Positions 10,352 to 19,745 of a DNA stretch of 64,000 bases are shown one piece after another. The notes beneath the pieces are model-generated. The model was not told the DNA's origin and searched no databases. It was given only the letters and a program-made list of their open reading frames with translations. The position numbers and the translations under genes are program-made. Positions within the stretch are counted from its first letter, which is position 1; every line of letters starts with the position of its first letter. Origin of the DNA: Candidatus Latescibacterota bacterium (GTDB taxonomy: Bacteria; Latescibacterota; CBDEFO01); assembly GCA_965248755.1 (NCBI GenBank), contig OZ252149.1, positions 32,001 to 96,000 on the forward strand, in the 5' to 3' direction.

Positions 10352-11710
10352 ATGGATTCAACAGAAGACGATGTCCTTGCACCCGAATATCTCAAACGCA
10401 TAGTCTTAGACTTAACACAGATGAGCGAGTTCGTGCAGGATCCACTCATCATGGCAAAAGCCGACGGCGTGTGGTACGAGGATGTGAACGGAAAACGCTA
10501 CCTGGACGGGATTTCGGGCATTTTCGTCGTCACAGTCGGGCACAACAATCGCAGGATCATAGAGGCTATGAGAAAACAGCTCGATACACTTGCTTTTTCC
10601 CCTCCCATGCACTCTACGAATACCCCCGCTGTCCAGCTCGTGAAACTGATCTCCGAAATCACGCCCGGTGACCTGAACACCGTAAAACTTCTAAGCGGCG
10701 GGTCAGAAGCCACAGAAGCGGCGATGAAACTCGCTCGCCAGTATCATAATCAGACCGGAAATCCCGGAAAGTACAAGATAATATCTCGATATCTTGGCTA
10801 TCACGGGGCCACCTTCGGAGCGCTAAGCGCATCTGGAACACAGAGACGAAAGAGGATGTTCGAACCCACACTCTCAGGATTTATACATGTATTCCCGCCA
10901 ACCTGCTATCGCTGTCCCTTTGAAAAGGAATATCCATCCTGCGAAGTCCTGTGCGCCTCGATCATCGAAGATACGATAAAACTTGAGGGTCCCAGTACTG
11001 TCGCGGCCATCATAATGGAGCCGATAGGAAACACGGGAGGTATCGTTACGCCGCCGCCTGAATACTTTCCTATGGTACGAGAGATCTGCGATAAGCACGA
11101 CATCCTTTTGATCTTCGACGAGATAATAACGGGCTTCGGCCGCACAGGAGAGATGTTCGCAGCACAGACATTTCACACTACGCCCGACATAATATGCATG
11201 GGCAAAGGGATGTCCAGCGGCTACGCTCCCCTTGCGGCTATTGCAATGAGCGACAAGGTGGCATCAGCCTTCTGGGGAAAGCCCGAAGACGAGGTCGAGT
11301 TTTCGCATGGACATACGTACGGGGGAAATCCAGTCGCTTCCGCAGCGGGAATAGCCTCCATAAGCGAGATTACAGAAAAAGACCTCCCCAAAAGAGCGCG
11401 CCAGATGGGTGCATACCTATGGTCCAAACTTGAGAACTTAAGGGACAAAACAGGAATTATAGGAGATATAAGGGGTAAGGGACTCTTCTTGGGAGTAGAA
11501 TTCGTGGTGGACACAGCCACAAAAGAGCGGTTCTCAGACGATCTCAACTTCGGGACTCAAGTCGGAAAGAAGGCGATCAAGAACGGACTCCTCACGCGCT
11601 TCGATCCTCACTGGATAGCCTTCGGACCGCCCCTTATAGTAACTGAAGAGGAAATAGACTACATGATGGACGTATTCGAAAAGAGCATATACGAAGTCTT
11701 AGATAGATGA
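10352..11710 (+). CDS. Class III PLP-dependent aminotransferase (omega-amino acid/BioA-like)
   Basis: YLDGISG, SGGSEATEAAMK, YHGAT, IFDEIITGFGRTG, GKG (PLP Lys), HGHTYGGNP; AAGGAG RBS. Confidence 0.93.
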   Translation: MDSTEDDVLAPEYLKRIVLDLTQMSEFVQDPLIMAKADGVWYEDVNGKRYLDGISGIFVVTVGHNNRRIIEAMRKQLDTLAFSPPMHSTNTPAVQLVKLISEITPGDLNTVKLLSGGSEATEAAMKLARQYHNQTGNPGKYKIISRYLGYHGATFGALSASGTQRRKRMFEPTLSGFIHVFPPTCYRCPFEKEYPSCEVLCASIIEDTIKLEGPSTVAAIIMEPIGNTGGIVTPPPEYFPMVREICDKHDILLIFDEIITGFGRTGEMFAAQTFHTTPDIICMGKGMSSGYAPLAAIAMSDKVASAFWGKPEDEVEFSHGHTYGGNPVASAAGIASISEITEKDLPKRARQMGAYLWSKLENLRDKTGIIGDIRGKGLFLGVEFVVDTATKERFSDDLNFGTQVGKKAIKNGLLTRFDPHWIAFGPPLIVTEEEIDYMMDVFEKSIYEVLDR

Positions 11711-12348
11711 GCATGATAGTAAACGAGATATTCTACAGCATTCAGGGAGAATCCACGTACGCAGGGCGTCCTTGCGTCTTTGTAAGGCTCACCGGATGCA
11801 ACTTAAGGTGCGTCTGGTGTGATACAACTTATTCCTTTTACGAGGGGACCAAGATGTCGGTGGATGAGATCATGGAAAAGGTCAAAAGCTACGGATGTCC
11901 CCTTGTGGAGATCACAGGCGGCGAACCCCTGCTCCAGAGAGAGGTCAGGGATCTTATGGAGGGACTCCTTGAGGAGGACTTTGAAGTCCTGTTAGAGACC
12001 AGCGGGAGCCTCCCCGTAGATAGAGTGCCAGAGGAAGTGATAAGGATCATAGACCTAAAACCGCCTGACAGCGGAGAATCGGATAAAATATGCTGGGAGA
12101 TACTGGATGACCTGCGACCGAGGGACCAGATAAAGTTCGTGATCTCGAGCCGAAAGGACTATGAATGGTCAAAAGAAGTCATAGAAAGACACAAGCTATC
12201 CGAAAAGGTAACACTTTTGATGTCCCCGGTGTTTAATGACATCGAATACAGAGACATAGCAGGGTGGATCCTGAAAGACCGCCTCCGCGTAAGGATGCAG
12301 ATTCAGATGCACAAGTTCATATTCGACCCGAACAAACGGGGAATATAA
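11707..12348 (+). CDS. queE: 7-carboxy-7-deazaguanine synthase (radical SAM)
   Basis: EIFYSIQGES, RLTGCNLRCVWCDT, ITGGEPLLQ, QMHK. Confidence 0.95.
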   Translation: MSMIVNEIFYSIQGESTYAGRPCVFVRLTGCNLRCVWCDTTYSFYEGTKMSVDEIMEKVKSYGCPLVEITGGEPLLQREVRDLMEGLLEEDFEVLLETSGSLPVDRVPEEVIRIIDLKPPDSGESDKICWEILDDLRPRDQIKFVISSRKDYEWSKEVIERHKLSEKVTLLMSPVFNDIEYRDIAGWILKDRLRVRMQIQMHKFIFDPNKRGI

Positions 12349-13019
12349 TGAACATAGCCTTAGTTCTCCTATCCGGCGGGATGGACTCGGCCACCTGCCT
12401 CTGGTGGGTCAGGGATAGAGGGACAGAACATATATACACCCTTTCGTTCGATTACAACCAGCGGCACAAAATAGAGTTGGAGTACAGCCGAAAACTTTCG
12501 CAGATCGCAGGAGCAGTCCGGCACAAAGTTATCTGTGCTGACCTGACTCAGATAGGTGGAAGTCCGCTGACCGATCCCAATATTGACGTCCCTGCGGCCT
12601 CCGATGGTACGCAGTTTCAGACAGTTGTGCCCTTCAGAAACACTATCTTTATGGCCCTATCGGCCGCCTACGCGGAGACAGAAGGAATAGACAACATTTG
12701 CATCGCTGCCGTAAAGGACGACTACGCAGCATACCGAGATTGCCGGAGAGAGTTCTACGACAGTCTTGAGAAGGCCCTGAACCTGGGAGCTACCAGAGAA
12801 CGCGCTATCTGCATCCATACTCCCCTGATCCACATGTGGAAGTCACAGGTCGTAGCCACGGGTTTGAAACTCGGCGTTCCGTACGAACACACCCATACTT
12901 GCTATGAGGGAAAACGCCCCGCCTGCGGAGTCTGCGACGCCTGCGTCGAACGCATCCAGGCCTTTAAAGCCAACGGCGTGGATGACCCTCTGGAGTATGA
13001 ATCCAAGAGCAAGCAATAA
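12348..13019 (+). CDS. queC: 7-cyano-7-deazaguanine synthase, copy 1
   Basis: LLSGGMDS, YNQRH, VPFRN, YRDCR, TCYEG..ACGVCDAC; ATG overlaps the queE stop. Confidence 0.92.
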   Translation: MNIALVLLSGGMDSATCLWWVRDRGTEHIYTLSFDYNQRHKIELEYSRKLSQIAGAVRHKVICADLTQIGGSPLTDPNIDVPAASDGTQFQTVVPFRNTIFMALSAAYAETEGIDNICIAAVKDDYAAYRDCRREFYDSLEKALNLGATRERAICIHTPLIHMWKSQVVATGLKLGVPYEHTHTCYEGKRPACGVCDACVERIQAFKANGVDDPLEYESKSKQ

Positions 13020-13108
13020 CTTAAGGGCCAAATTGAGAAATGTCATTCTGAGGGATGAAACCTGGTGGATGAGGCATTCCTGTCTGACAAAGCAATCGCA
13101 CCTGTCTC

Positions 13109-13134
13109 TTGAACAGACAAGAATGTCTGTTCAA
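13109..13134. repeat. Short palindrome (REP-like CAGAC-AAGAAT-GTCTG)
   Basis: TTGAACAGAC-aagaat-GTCTGTTCAA perfect 10-bp stem; partial inverted copy GCATTCCTGTCTG about 35 bp upstream. Confidence 0.5.
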
Positions 13135-13159
13135 CTGTCTGTGTTGAGAGGAAAGGAAG

Positions 13160-13525
13160 ATGTCAACTAAACCGAGCAAAAATCTGGAGACATTTCCCAA
13201 TCCCTACAAGGGTAGATACTACACTGTGGATATGAACTGTCCTGAATTCACAAGCGTGTGTCCCATAACAGGACAGCCTGACTTCGGGTCGATCAAAATA
13301 TCCTATGTCCCCGCCGAATTGTGTATTGAACTTAAGTCCCTCAAGCTCTACATTTGGTCCTACAGAGATGAAGGAATATTTTACGAAGATGTGACAAATA
13401 AAATATTAGATGACCTGGTAAAAGCGTGCGATCCTATATCTATGACCGTTAAAGGAGAGTTCAACGTCAGAGGAGGGATAACGACATCGGTGACGGCGAC
13501 TTACAACAAAGAGGAAGAAGCATAG
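13160..13525 (+). CDS. queF: NADPH-dependent preQ0 reductase (unimodular)
   Basis: [31 protein letters not shown]. Confidence 0.95.
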   Translation: MSTKPSKNLETFPNPYKGRYYTVDMNCPEFTSVCPITGQPDFGSIKISYVPAELCIELKSLKLYIWSYRDEGIFYEDVTNKILDDLVKACDPISMTVKGEFNVRGGITTSVTATYNKEEEA

Positions 13526-14206
13526 ATGGAAAGAGATCACGCCGTGGTCTGCCTGAGTGGAGGACTCGACAGCTGTGTGACCGCGGCGATAGCTCACAGG
13601 GAATACGAATTAGCGCTCCTGCACGTCAACTACGGACAGAGGACGCAGAAAAGAGAACTTACCGCCTTCCACGATATTGCTCAGTTCTATACAGCACAAA
13701 GAAAACTGATAGCCGACCTTAGTTATCTATCCATCGTAGGAGACTCCAGCCTAACAGATGCCTCTATCGAGGTTCCGAAAGCCGAACATGATCCCAGCAG
13801 AAGCGATGTTCCTTCCACCTATGTCCCCTTCAGAAACGCCAATATCCTTTGCGCCGCCGTATCATGGGCTGAGGCCATCGGCGCAACTAAAGTCTTTATA
13901 GGCGCTGTCGAGCCGGACTCCAGATACCCCGATTGCCAAAAACCTTTCTACAAGGTGTTCAACAGACTCGTAGCAGAAGGCACAAAGCCGGAGACAAACA
14001 TCGAAGTCTTGACCCCGTTGATAGGAATGAAAAAGTGGGAAATAATAAAAAGAGGTATTCTATTGAACGCCCCACTGCATCTGACGTGGTCCTGCTACGA
14101 AAGAGAGGACATAGCCTGCGGAGAGTGCGAAAGCTGTGTGCAAAGGGTAAATGGGTTCAAAGTAGCAGGAGTAGAGGATCTATTCCCCTATCAGAAACAG
14201 AAGTAG
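13526..14206 (+). CDS. queC: 7-cyano-7-deazaguanine synthase, copy 2
   Basis: LSGGLDS, YGQRT, STYVPFRN, YPDC, WSCY...CGECESC. Confidence 0.92.
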   Translation: MERDHAVVCLSGGLDSCVTAAIAHREYELALLHVNYGQRTQKRELTAFHDIAQFYTAQRKLIADLSYLSIVGDSSLTDASIEVPKAEHDPSRSDVPSTYVPFRNANILCAAVSWAEAIGATKVFIGAVEPDSRYPDCQKPFYKVFNRLVAEGTKPETNIEVLTPLIGMKKWEIIKRGILLNAPLHLTWSCYEREDIACGECESCVQRVNGFKVAGVEDLFPYQKQK

Positions 14207-14207
14207 A

Positions 14208-14267
14208 CAGCTACAGGGAAAGGTAAGGGCAGACCCGTGTGTCTGCCCTTACCTTTCCCTGTAGCTG
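14208..14267. repeat. Perfect 27-bp inverted repeat around a REP core; possible bidirectional terminator
   Basis: CAGCTACAGGGAAAGGTAAGGGCAGAC-ccgtgt-GTCTGCCCTTACCTTTCCCTGTAGCTG between convergent genes. Confidence 0.85.
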
Positions 14268-14342
14268 ATTGAATTCCCGATTGACTCTACCGGGGACAAG
14301 GCTTGGGGGAGGTGCCCTGTCTACTGTTTGCTGTCTACTGAT

Positions 14343-15317
14343 TCAATATCCCCTCGTTTTGTCCACAACGTTGAGCAATTCCCTCCCTTGTGAGAACCTT
14401 TCCAGGTTCTGGCAGAAGATGTCCACAGACCGATCCATAAAGTGAGGCGAAACGCCCGCTGAATGAGGTGTGATGATCACGTTGTCAAGACTGTAATATT
14501 CGTCGTCGCTGTCGAGCGGCTCCACTTCAAATACGTCTAAAGACGCCCCTCTTATCCATTTGTGCTTGAGAGCCTTGACAAACGAGGGCTTATGGACTAT
14601 GGATCCTCTTGCCACATTGATAAGAAAGGCGCTCCTTTTCATCTCTTTTAAGACGTTCTCATCTATCATTCCTTCTGTCTCCGGAATAAGAGGGAGAGTA
14701 AGTACAAGGAAGTCCGCCTGTCTGACCACCTCCATAAACTGATCCAGGGGATAGAGTTCGTCAACGTTTTCATCCCCTTCGGATACATCCCTTTTGACGG
14801 CCACCACCCTCATTCCCATCGCCTTTGCCCTTCTGGCTGTGGGCTTCCCCACGTTTCCCAAGCCCAATATCCCTATAGTTTTCCCGTATATTTCATCTAT
14901 CAGTGGAGCAACCTGGTCTTTTGCCCATTCCCGACGCAGTTGATTTTCATAGCACCTGTAGAACTGATGCGCAAGCGCTATCATCGTCCCGATGATGTGC
15001 TCAGGCGTCTGAACCCTGTGAGAGCCGCTGGCGGTGGTCAGTACGATATCCCTTTCCGTAATCTCAGGATGGTGGAAACCATCCACACCGGCAAATGTGG
15101 ACTGTATCCACTTCAGATTAGAGGTCAAAGCCGCCGATTCCTTCGAGACGTGTATTGCGTAGAGTATCTCTGCGTCAGCGATTTCCCTTCTACATCCCTC
15201 CTCTGATTCCACGAAGACCACGTCGTAATCATCGGAAACGCTCGATATTTTCTCAAGATTCTCCTCTGAAACCTTCCAGAAGCCTTCCTTGTCGAAGACT
15301 GACACAAGGACGTCCAC
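14343..15317 (-). CDS. D-2-hydroxyacid dehydrogenase (NAD-binding)
   Basis: GILGLGNVG, LINVARG, LDVFEVEPL, ITPHSAG. Confidence 0.93.
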   Translation of the reverse strand: MDVLVSVFDKEGFWKVSEENLEKISSVSDDYDVVFVESEEGCRREIADAEILYAIHVSKESAALTSNLKWIQSTFAGVDGFHHPEITERDIVLTTASGSHRVQTPEHIIGTMIALAHQFYRCYENQLRREWAKDQVAPLIDEIYGKTIGILGLGNVGKPTARRAKAMGMRVVAVKRDVSEGDENVDELYPLDQFMEVVRQADFLVLTLPLIPETEGMIDENVLKEMKRSAFLINVARGSIVHKPSFVKALKHKWIRGASLDVFEVEPLDSDDEYYSLDNVIITPHSAGVSPHFMDRSVDIFCQNLERFSQGRELLNVVDKTRGY

Positions 15318-15415
15318 GACATCAACTCTCCTCTACTGACAGCGCCCTATCATTGCGTTTTCGTAGGAGCCAGGTAACCTCTCCCCCGCTCCAAGATTTT
15401 CTCGACTTCGTCTAC

Positions 15416-17260
15416 TTAAGATACTAAATCATTTACCTTATCGACTATATTTTTCCATCCGATGCCAAATTTGTACAAGAGTTCATCTGCCTTTCCCGAT
15501 TCAGGGAATGACTCTATCCCCATCTTATGGACGGCTATTCCCTCTGGACATAGCACCTCCATCAGAGCATCGCCCAATCCTCCTACGATGTAGTGATCAT
15601 CCACTGTGATCAGGCTTCCTCCTGTACTCGCTACGGCTTGAACCAGGAGGTCTTTAGCTACAGGCTTTATAGAATAGGCATCTATCACCTTGACGTTTAT
15701 GCCCTCTTTTTTGAGTTCCTCGTAAGCCTTCAAAGCTTCGGTGACCGTATAACCAGCCGCTGCGAGCGTAATTTGGTCATCTTCACTTTTCCTGATTACC
15801 TTAGCTCCTCCGATGTGAAATTCTTCGTCTTTGCCGTAGATTACGGGCGTTTTAGGCCTTGAATTTCTGATATATACGAAGCCCTGATGCTGGGCGGCAC
15901 AGACTGTCAGCCTTTCTGCTGATACACCATCGGAGCCGCAGAGGACGACAGAATCCGGTATAGCTCTCATGAAACTTAGGTCAGCTAAAGCCATTTGACT
16001 TACGCCGTCCTCCCCTATCGAAACCCCGCAGTGGGAACCGGCAACTTTTATATTGGCTCTGGAGTAGGCGGCCATCTCTATCTGATCGTAAGCCCTCTCA
16101 AAGAATCGCCCGAACGAGTTGGCAAAAGCTATCTTCCCCGCTTTGGCAAATCCGACCGCCGCGCTTATCATATTCTGCTCAGCTATTCCGAAGTCGAAGA
16201 ACCGGTCCTCAAACTCCTTTTTAAAGACATTGCTGAAAGTGGAATTGCTGACATCCCCATCCAGGACTACTATCCGAGGGTTTACTCTTCCTATCTTTGC
16301 TAAAGCCCTGCCATAAGCCTCCCGCGTGGCTATTTCATATCCCAGATCGTACTCAGGTTTTTCTATATCAAAGGAAAGATCTTGACTCTGAATGTCTTTA
16401 GACGAAGGCCTTTTTATGGAAAAGACAGGCCTGTCCGAGCCGTAGTCAGGCAGGGCTAATTCCTCAAGTGCCCTCTTTTCCTCCTCCTCGGAAAGGGCCT
16501 TTCCGTGCAGGTCTAACACGTCTTCGGTGAATGAGACTCCTTTGCCCTTGACCGTCTTTGCCAGCAGCATCGTCGGCCCTCCGTTGGATGACCGTGCAAA
16601 TTCAAATCCGTCGAGTATCTGGTCAAAATCGTGGCCGTCGATCTCCCTGACTCTCCATCGGAACGCCTCTAATTTCTCTTTTAGGGGCTCGGTGTCCATG
16701 ATGTCCTTACACCATGCGCTCTGTTGGAGGCGATTTCTGTCTATTATGGCGCACAGGTTATCCAACTTGTAATTAGGTGCGCTCAAGAGTGCCTCCCACA
16801 CCTGACCCTCATTGATCTCCCCGTCGCCCATAAGGACATAGACTCTATAGTCGAGACCATCCAGCTTTCCGGCTAACGCCAGACCTATCCCGAGAGACAG
16901 ACCCTGTCCCAGTGCCCCGGTTGCGGCGATGACGCCCGGAAGCCTTGTGGTGGGATGGCCCTCCAACCTACTGCCTGTTTCTCTGAGAGTCGTCAACTCC
17001 TCAAGGGGGAAATACCCTGACTCAGCCATAACGACGTACAAGCCCGGGGCTGCATGACCCTTCGACAGAATGAACTTATCGCTATAAGGGTTGGACGGAT
17101 CAGACGGATCGTGCCTCATCTCGTGGAAAAAGAGTACAGCCATAATATCCGCCGCGGACATACTCGACGTGGGATGGCCCGAGCCCGCCTTTGTAGTTAT
17201 CTGTACTATACGTCTCCTCATCTGGATAGTTTTGTACCTCAACGACTCTTTAAGATCCAC
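15416..17260 (-). CDS. tkt: Transketolase (fused, ~614 aa)
   Basis: SGHPTSSMS, LSKGHAAP, LEGHP, GDGEINEGQVWE, GIAEQNM, GEDGVSQ. Confidence 0.95.
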   Translation of the reverse strand: MDLKESLRYKTIQMRRRIVQITTKAGSGHPTSSMSAADIMAVLFFHEMRHDPSDPSNPYSDKFILSKGHAAPGLYVVMAESGYFPLEELTTLRETGSRLEGHPTTRLPGVIAATGALGQGLSLGIGLALAGKLDGLDYRVYVLMGDGEINEGQVWEALLSAPNYKLDNLCAIIDRNRLQQSAWCKDIMDTEPLKEKLEAFRWRVREIDGHDFDQILDGFEFARSSNGGPTMLLAKTVKGKGVSFTEDVLDLHGKALSEEEEKRALEELALPDYGSDRPVFSIKRPSSKDIQSQDLSFDIEKPEYDLGYEIATREAYGRALAKIGRVNPRIVVLDGDVSNSTFSNVFKKEFEDRFFDFGIAEQNMISAAVGFAKAGKIAFANSFGRFFERAYDQIEMAAYSRANIKVAGSHCGVSIGEDGVSQMALADLSFMRAIPDSVVLCGSDGVSAERLTVCAAQHQGFVYIRNSRPKTPVIYGKDEEFHIGGAKVIRKSEDDQITLAAAGYTVTEALKAYEELKKEGINVKVIDAYSIKPVAKDLLVQAVASTGGSLITVDDHYIVGGLGDALMEVLCPEGIAVHKMGIESFPESGKADELLYKFGIGWKNIVDKVNDLVS

Positions 17261-17398
17261 TTTGTTCTCCTTTAAGTTATATCTTACAGAGACTTATCTA
17301 TATTCTATTAAGACCTTATGCGCCCTGGACAGATAATATACTGATCGACATTATGTGTGTCAAGACAAATCTCAAGAATTTGACCTGAAGTGCTCTAA

Positions 17399-17625
17399 CC
17401 CGAATAATTCACAAAAAAGGCCGTGTATTAATTGAGGGATTGTATTATATTAGGTAATGCCGTTTAACCACCTTCGGTGTCATTGCGAGCCGAAGGCGAA
17501 GCAATCTCGATTCTGTGGTAGATGTAATACTCTCCGGCTCTCATAGGAAACCACTATAAAACCTTGAGATTGCTTCGTCGCTTTGCTCCTCGCAATGACT
17601 CCACCGAGTTTATGAATTAATCGGG
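17399..17625. mobile_element. Putative MITE, copy 1
   Basis: Imperfect terminal inverted repeats CCCGAATAATTCACAAA / TTTATGAATTAATCGGG flanked by CTAA on both sides; same ends at 55323-55471. Confidence 0.7.
17479..17599. repeat. Palindromic element GTCATTGCGAG...GAAGCAATCTC / GAGATTGCTTC...CTCGCAATGAC
   Basis: Two nested inverted pairs inside the MITE; degenerate relative at 62384-62460. Confidence 0.75.
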
Positions 17626-17718
17626 CTAAAAGGCATGTCATTCGTTAAAGGACTGCCTGCAAGATGCCGATTATATAGTTAGAACAAGCGAAGAACACGC
17701 GGAGAACAGACGTAATCT

Positions 17719-19317
17719 TTGAACGCAGATCTGACGGAGATAATACAAGTGGCTGATAGATTCGAAACGTTGACAGGTGACGAGTCAAGAACCGCCGTAT
17801 TAGAAGGCCTACGTTCTGCACCTGACAACGGTCACGATAACGTATCTGTAGCCAGCCTATCATCAAGTACTCTCTTTTCGGGCTTGACAGATGACGATTA
17901 CACCGTGTTGGCGGCGTTAGGAAGGCGCATGAGCTTTGATGACGCTTCCGTTATCATACGCCAAGGCGATCCTGCCGAGGCACTATATGTACTTGAGAAG
18001 GGCATGGTAATCGTAGAAAAGAGCACGGTCGAAAGGCAGGAGGAGATAATAGCGGCGCTTGAGGAAGGCGAATGCTTCGGTGAACTGTCGCTTATTACGG
18101 CTGGGCGCCGAAGTGCGCCAGTAAGGGCTATGGGCAAAGTGACGGTCATTACCTTTCTTCACAAAGAGCTGCAGGACTTTTTCCAGAAAAGTCCCCACGC
18201 TCACCTTCGAATTATGATCAACTTAGCTCAGACCATAGCCATCAGGCTCCAAAGGTCCAGCGATATTTTCATACATGACATCTATGACAGTGTGATAATT
18301 GTAGACAAAGATCACAAAATCCTAAGATGGAGCAAATCGAAAGAGAACAACTATTTTTCCCCTAAAACGGCTATCGGAGCAGATATACTGGACGCTATAC
18401 CGGGGCTTGCCCAGGCCGATATAGAGACAAAGATAAAGTCGGTCATAAAAGAAGAGAAGATCAGCTCGGTTGAGACGAAGCACAGGATGGGAAGCGGCGA
18501 GGTGATATATATCCAGTCTACGCTGACCCCCTTTGTGGATGAGGGTAAGATCAAAGGTGTAGCGATAATAAATAAGAATATCTCAGAGCTTAAGAGATTG
18601 GAGAATGAGTTAATAGAGTCCGAGAGGTTGGCGGCTGTGGGACAGATGGCGACGGAGATAGGGCACGAAATGGGCAACTATCTGACGGTGATCTCAGGAT
18701 ACGCATACTGGCTCAAGTCAGACATCAAAAGTGGGGACTACGATAAGACTTTCAGCGGGGCGGAAATCATACAGGAACACGTAGAAAAGATGAGGAGATT
18801 CGCCGACGGACTGATGGATTCCTCAAAGCGAATGACGCGAAAAAATACGTGTAGCATAAACGACCTTATAACCAGATCGATCGATTTTATAAAGTTTCAA
18901 AACACTTACGATTTTGTCACGTTCAAATTAGCATTAGCTGAGGACGTTCCGCCGATCCAGATTGACGCCTTTCAGATACAGCAGGTGCTCTTAAATCTCT
19001 ACAAGAATGCGGCAGACGCGTCTCCAAATTGTACGATCTTAACTTCTTCCAGATTGTTAAGATATAGCAACTATGTGGAGATACAAGTCAAGGATGACGG
19101 TCCTGGAATACCCCAGGACATAAAGGACAAGATATTTGAAGCTGGGTTCACAACCAAAGAAAAGGGGCACGGGTTCGGTCTTTTCGTGTGCTACCGCATA
19201 GCCAAGAATCACAACGGGACGATGATAGTGGATAGCCTCGCCGGAAAAGGCACAACCTTCAAGATTCTCCTCCCCTGCGGAAAAGGACAGTCAAGGACAA
19301 AGCAACTATACGACTGA
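17719..19317 (+). CDS. cNMP-binding domain / PAS / histidine kinase
   Basis: IIRQGD..ALYVLEKG, GECFGELSL..RRSA; H-box IGHEMGN; NLYKNAADA, DDGPGI, FTTK..GHGFGL; start uncertain. Confidence 0.88.
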   Translation: MNADLTEIIQVADRFETLTGDESRTAVLEGLRSAPDNGHDNVSVASLSSSTLFSGLTDDDYTVLAALGRRMSFDDASVIIRQGDPAEALYVLEKGMVIVEKSTVERQEEIIAALEEGECFGELSLITAGRRSAPVRAMGKVTVITFLHKELQDFFQKSPHAHLRIMINLAQTIAIRLQRSSDIFIHDIYDSVIIVDKDHKILRWSKSKENNYFSPKTAIGADILDAIPGLAQADIETKIKSVIKEEKISSVETKHRMGSGEVIYIQSTLTPFVDEGKIKGVAIINKNISELKRLENELIESERLAAVGQMATEIGHEMGNYLTVISGYAYWLKSDIKSGDYDKTFSGAEIIQEHVEKMRRFADGLMDSSKRMTRKNTCSINDLITRSIDFIKFQNTYDFVTFKLALAEDVPPIQIDAFQIQQVLLNLYKNAADASPNCTILTSSRLLRYSNYVEIQVKDDGPGIPQDIKDKIFEAGFTTKEKGHGFGLFVCYRIAKNHNGTMIVDSLAGKGTTFKILLPCGKGQSRTKQLYD

Positions 19318-19459
19318 AAATACTCAAGGACGAACGAGGGTGGAAAAGACGGCGAGACCGTCGAAAGCCTCCCCTGTTCGTGATGCGTTTGAAACCGGAG
19401 GGAGTGGTCACACACTTCCGTCTCTATTAACGACACATAGCTCGAAGTTGCGGCCACGT

Positions 19460-19664
19460 ATGACGTTGAAAGAGTATCCGCGACCCGTCAGAATGAAAAG
19501 TATACCTCTCCGCTCTTTTCTGCTTCGAACGTCAACTGTCTGATGTTTTTGAGATAAACAGAATCCGACACGGAGTCGGCGATCGACCTGTTCAAATCAT
19601 CGGCGTCTGAATTAGACGATAATAAGCTCAAAAGGATAACTGCGAATGTCAAAGTAGTCCTCAA
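19460..19664 (-). pseudogene. N-terminal remnant of a TolB-like (PD40 beta-propeller) secreted protein
   Basis: Manual translation: signal-like MRTTLTFAVILLSLL, then YLKNIRQLTFEAEKSGEVYFS and, after a frameshift, DGSRILFQ. Confidence 0.6.
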
Positions 19665-19745
19665 GGCGGGACCATCGGGTTCCGCGTTAGCTCAGGTAAT
19701 TACTACCTTAAGCGTTGCTCCTAGGTGGAATGAGTTCTTTTCGTT

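Noticed and set aside
13020..13159. preQ1 riboswitch upstream of queF (also looked for upstream of the QueT-like gene)
   Set aside because: No recognisable preQ1 consensus by eye; the hairpin looks like a REP-type palindrome. An Rfam/Infernal scan would settle it.
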